Source: Candidatus Micrarchaeia archaeon
GTDB lineage: Archaea > Micrarchaeota > Micrarchaeia > Norongarragalinales > CAINOH01
Assembly (NCBI GenBank): GCA_046753405.1
Contig: JBHHTN010000001.1
Coordinates: 1-32,447 of the forward strand
Direction: 5' to 3'
DNA: 32,447 nucleotides
Position numbers and translations under genes: made by a program
In this document: piece by piece, positions 32,105 to 32,447 of the stretch
Numbering within the stretch: position 1 is the first letter of the stretch
Layout: every line of letters begins with the position of its first letter
The notes under the pieces: model-generated
The model's input: the letters and a program-made list of their open reading frames with translations, nothing else
The model's database searches: none
Told to the model about the DNA's origin: nothing

Positions 32105-32447
32105 ATGAAAAGAGGACAATCCGCGCTAGAATATCTCGTTACTTATGGTTGGGCCATACTTGCAATCGTAATCATTGCAGGGCTTTTATGGGCCTTTGGA
32201 ATATTCAACCCTCAAACCTTTGCAAGTTCAAGCGCTTGCACTGAAGGAGCAAGCTTTTCCTGCACAGCAGCAGACAGCGTTTACTACGCAAACGGAACAC
32301 TTCTGTTAACTCTTGGAAACAAAGTAGGGTCAACAGTTAGCAACGTTTACATGGTAAGCACTACGTACAACAACGGAACAGCAATAACACACGACAACAT
32401 CTGTACAACAAGCTTGGCGGCAAACGGAAAAACCAGTTGCTCTTCAG
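32105..32447 (+). CDS. archaeal type IV pilin with canonical class III signal peptide (3' end outside the window)
   Basis: Not in the ORF track because no stop falls inside the window. ATG 32105 gives MKRG|QSALEYLVTYGWAILAIVIIAGLLWAF..., the classic archaeal pilin N-terminus. AGGTGA at 32088-32093 lies 11 nt upstream. Confidence 0.8.
   Translation, partial: MKRGQSALEYLVTYGWAILAIVIIAGLLWAFGIFNPQTFASSSACTEGASFSCTAADSVYYANGTLLLTLGNKVGSTVSNVYMVSTTYNNGTAITHDNICTTSLAANGKTSCSS

Noticed and set aside
1-32447. A search for rRNA, tRNA, CRISPR arrays, IS elements or transposases, integrases, toxin-antitoxin pairs and defence-system genes.
   Set aside because: I saw no spaced direct repeats, no cloverleaf-like GC-rich segments in spacers, no terminal inverted repeats and no recombinase or nuclease-type ORFs. 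Intergenic spacers are short and A/T-rich.

Overview
This window looks like a compact archaeal chromosome segment. Hallmark genes are TFB, Gar1, ribosomal protein S8e, aCPSF1/FttA, proteasome beta subunit, tRNA-splicing endonuclease, Trm1 and class III (prepilin-type) signal peptides. Tight gene packing, GGTGA-type Shine-Dalgarno sites, A-rich coding strands and an apparent three-unit EndA suggest a small-genome, DPANN-like lineage. That lineage call is inference only.

Positions 1-20300 are mostly housekeeping:
- rps8e, hom and gar1-tfb
- a Yip1-like membrane protein and trm1
- a DtxR-family repressor next to an FTR1 iron permease
- a DHH/DHHA1 phosphoesterase
- a purine block: purM, divergent from a tandem-PurS fusion, purL and purQ, plus a CYTH-like gene
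- a minus-strand run: endA, Na/Pi transporter, psmB, aCPSF1, Fap7-like kinase and an unlisted 35-aa hyper-acidic mini-ORF

Positions 20385-32447 are the notable region, a roughly 12 kb, largely overlapping or tightly spaced type IV filament (Tad/Epd-like) locus. It contains:
- three small prepilin-like genes
- a 1604-aa prepilin-like giant whose vWA/MIDAS domain appears split by a roughly 680-residue nested insertion containing three tandem 120-aa repeats
- a fifth prepilin-like protein
- a wHTH, coiled-coil, polybasic-tail protein coupled to the ATPase by an ATGA overlap
- a FlaI/TadA-type ATPase
- two separate T2SS-F platform genes
- a separately promoted MKRGQSALEY-type pilin that runs off the window end

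I saw no rRNA, tRNA, CRISPR array or intact mobile element. All calls come from reading translations and motifs by eye, with no database search.
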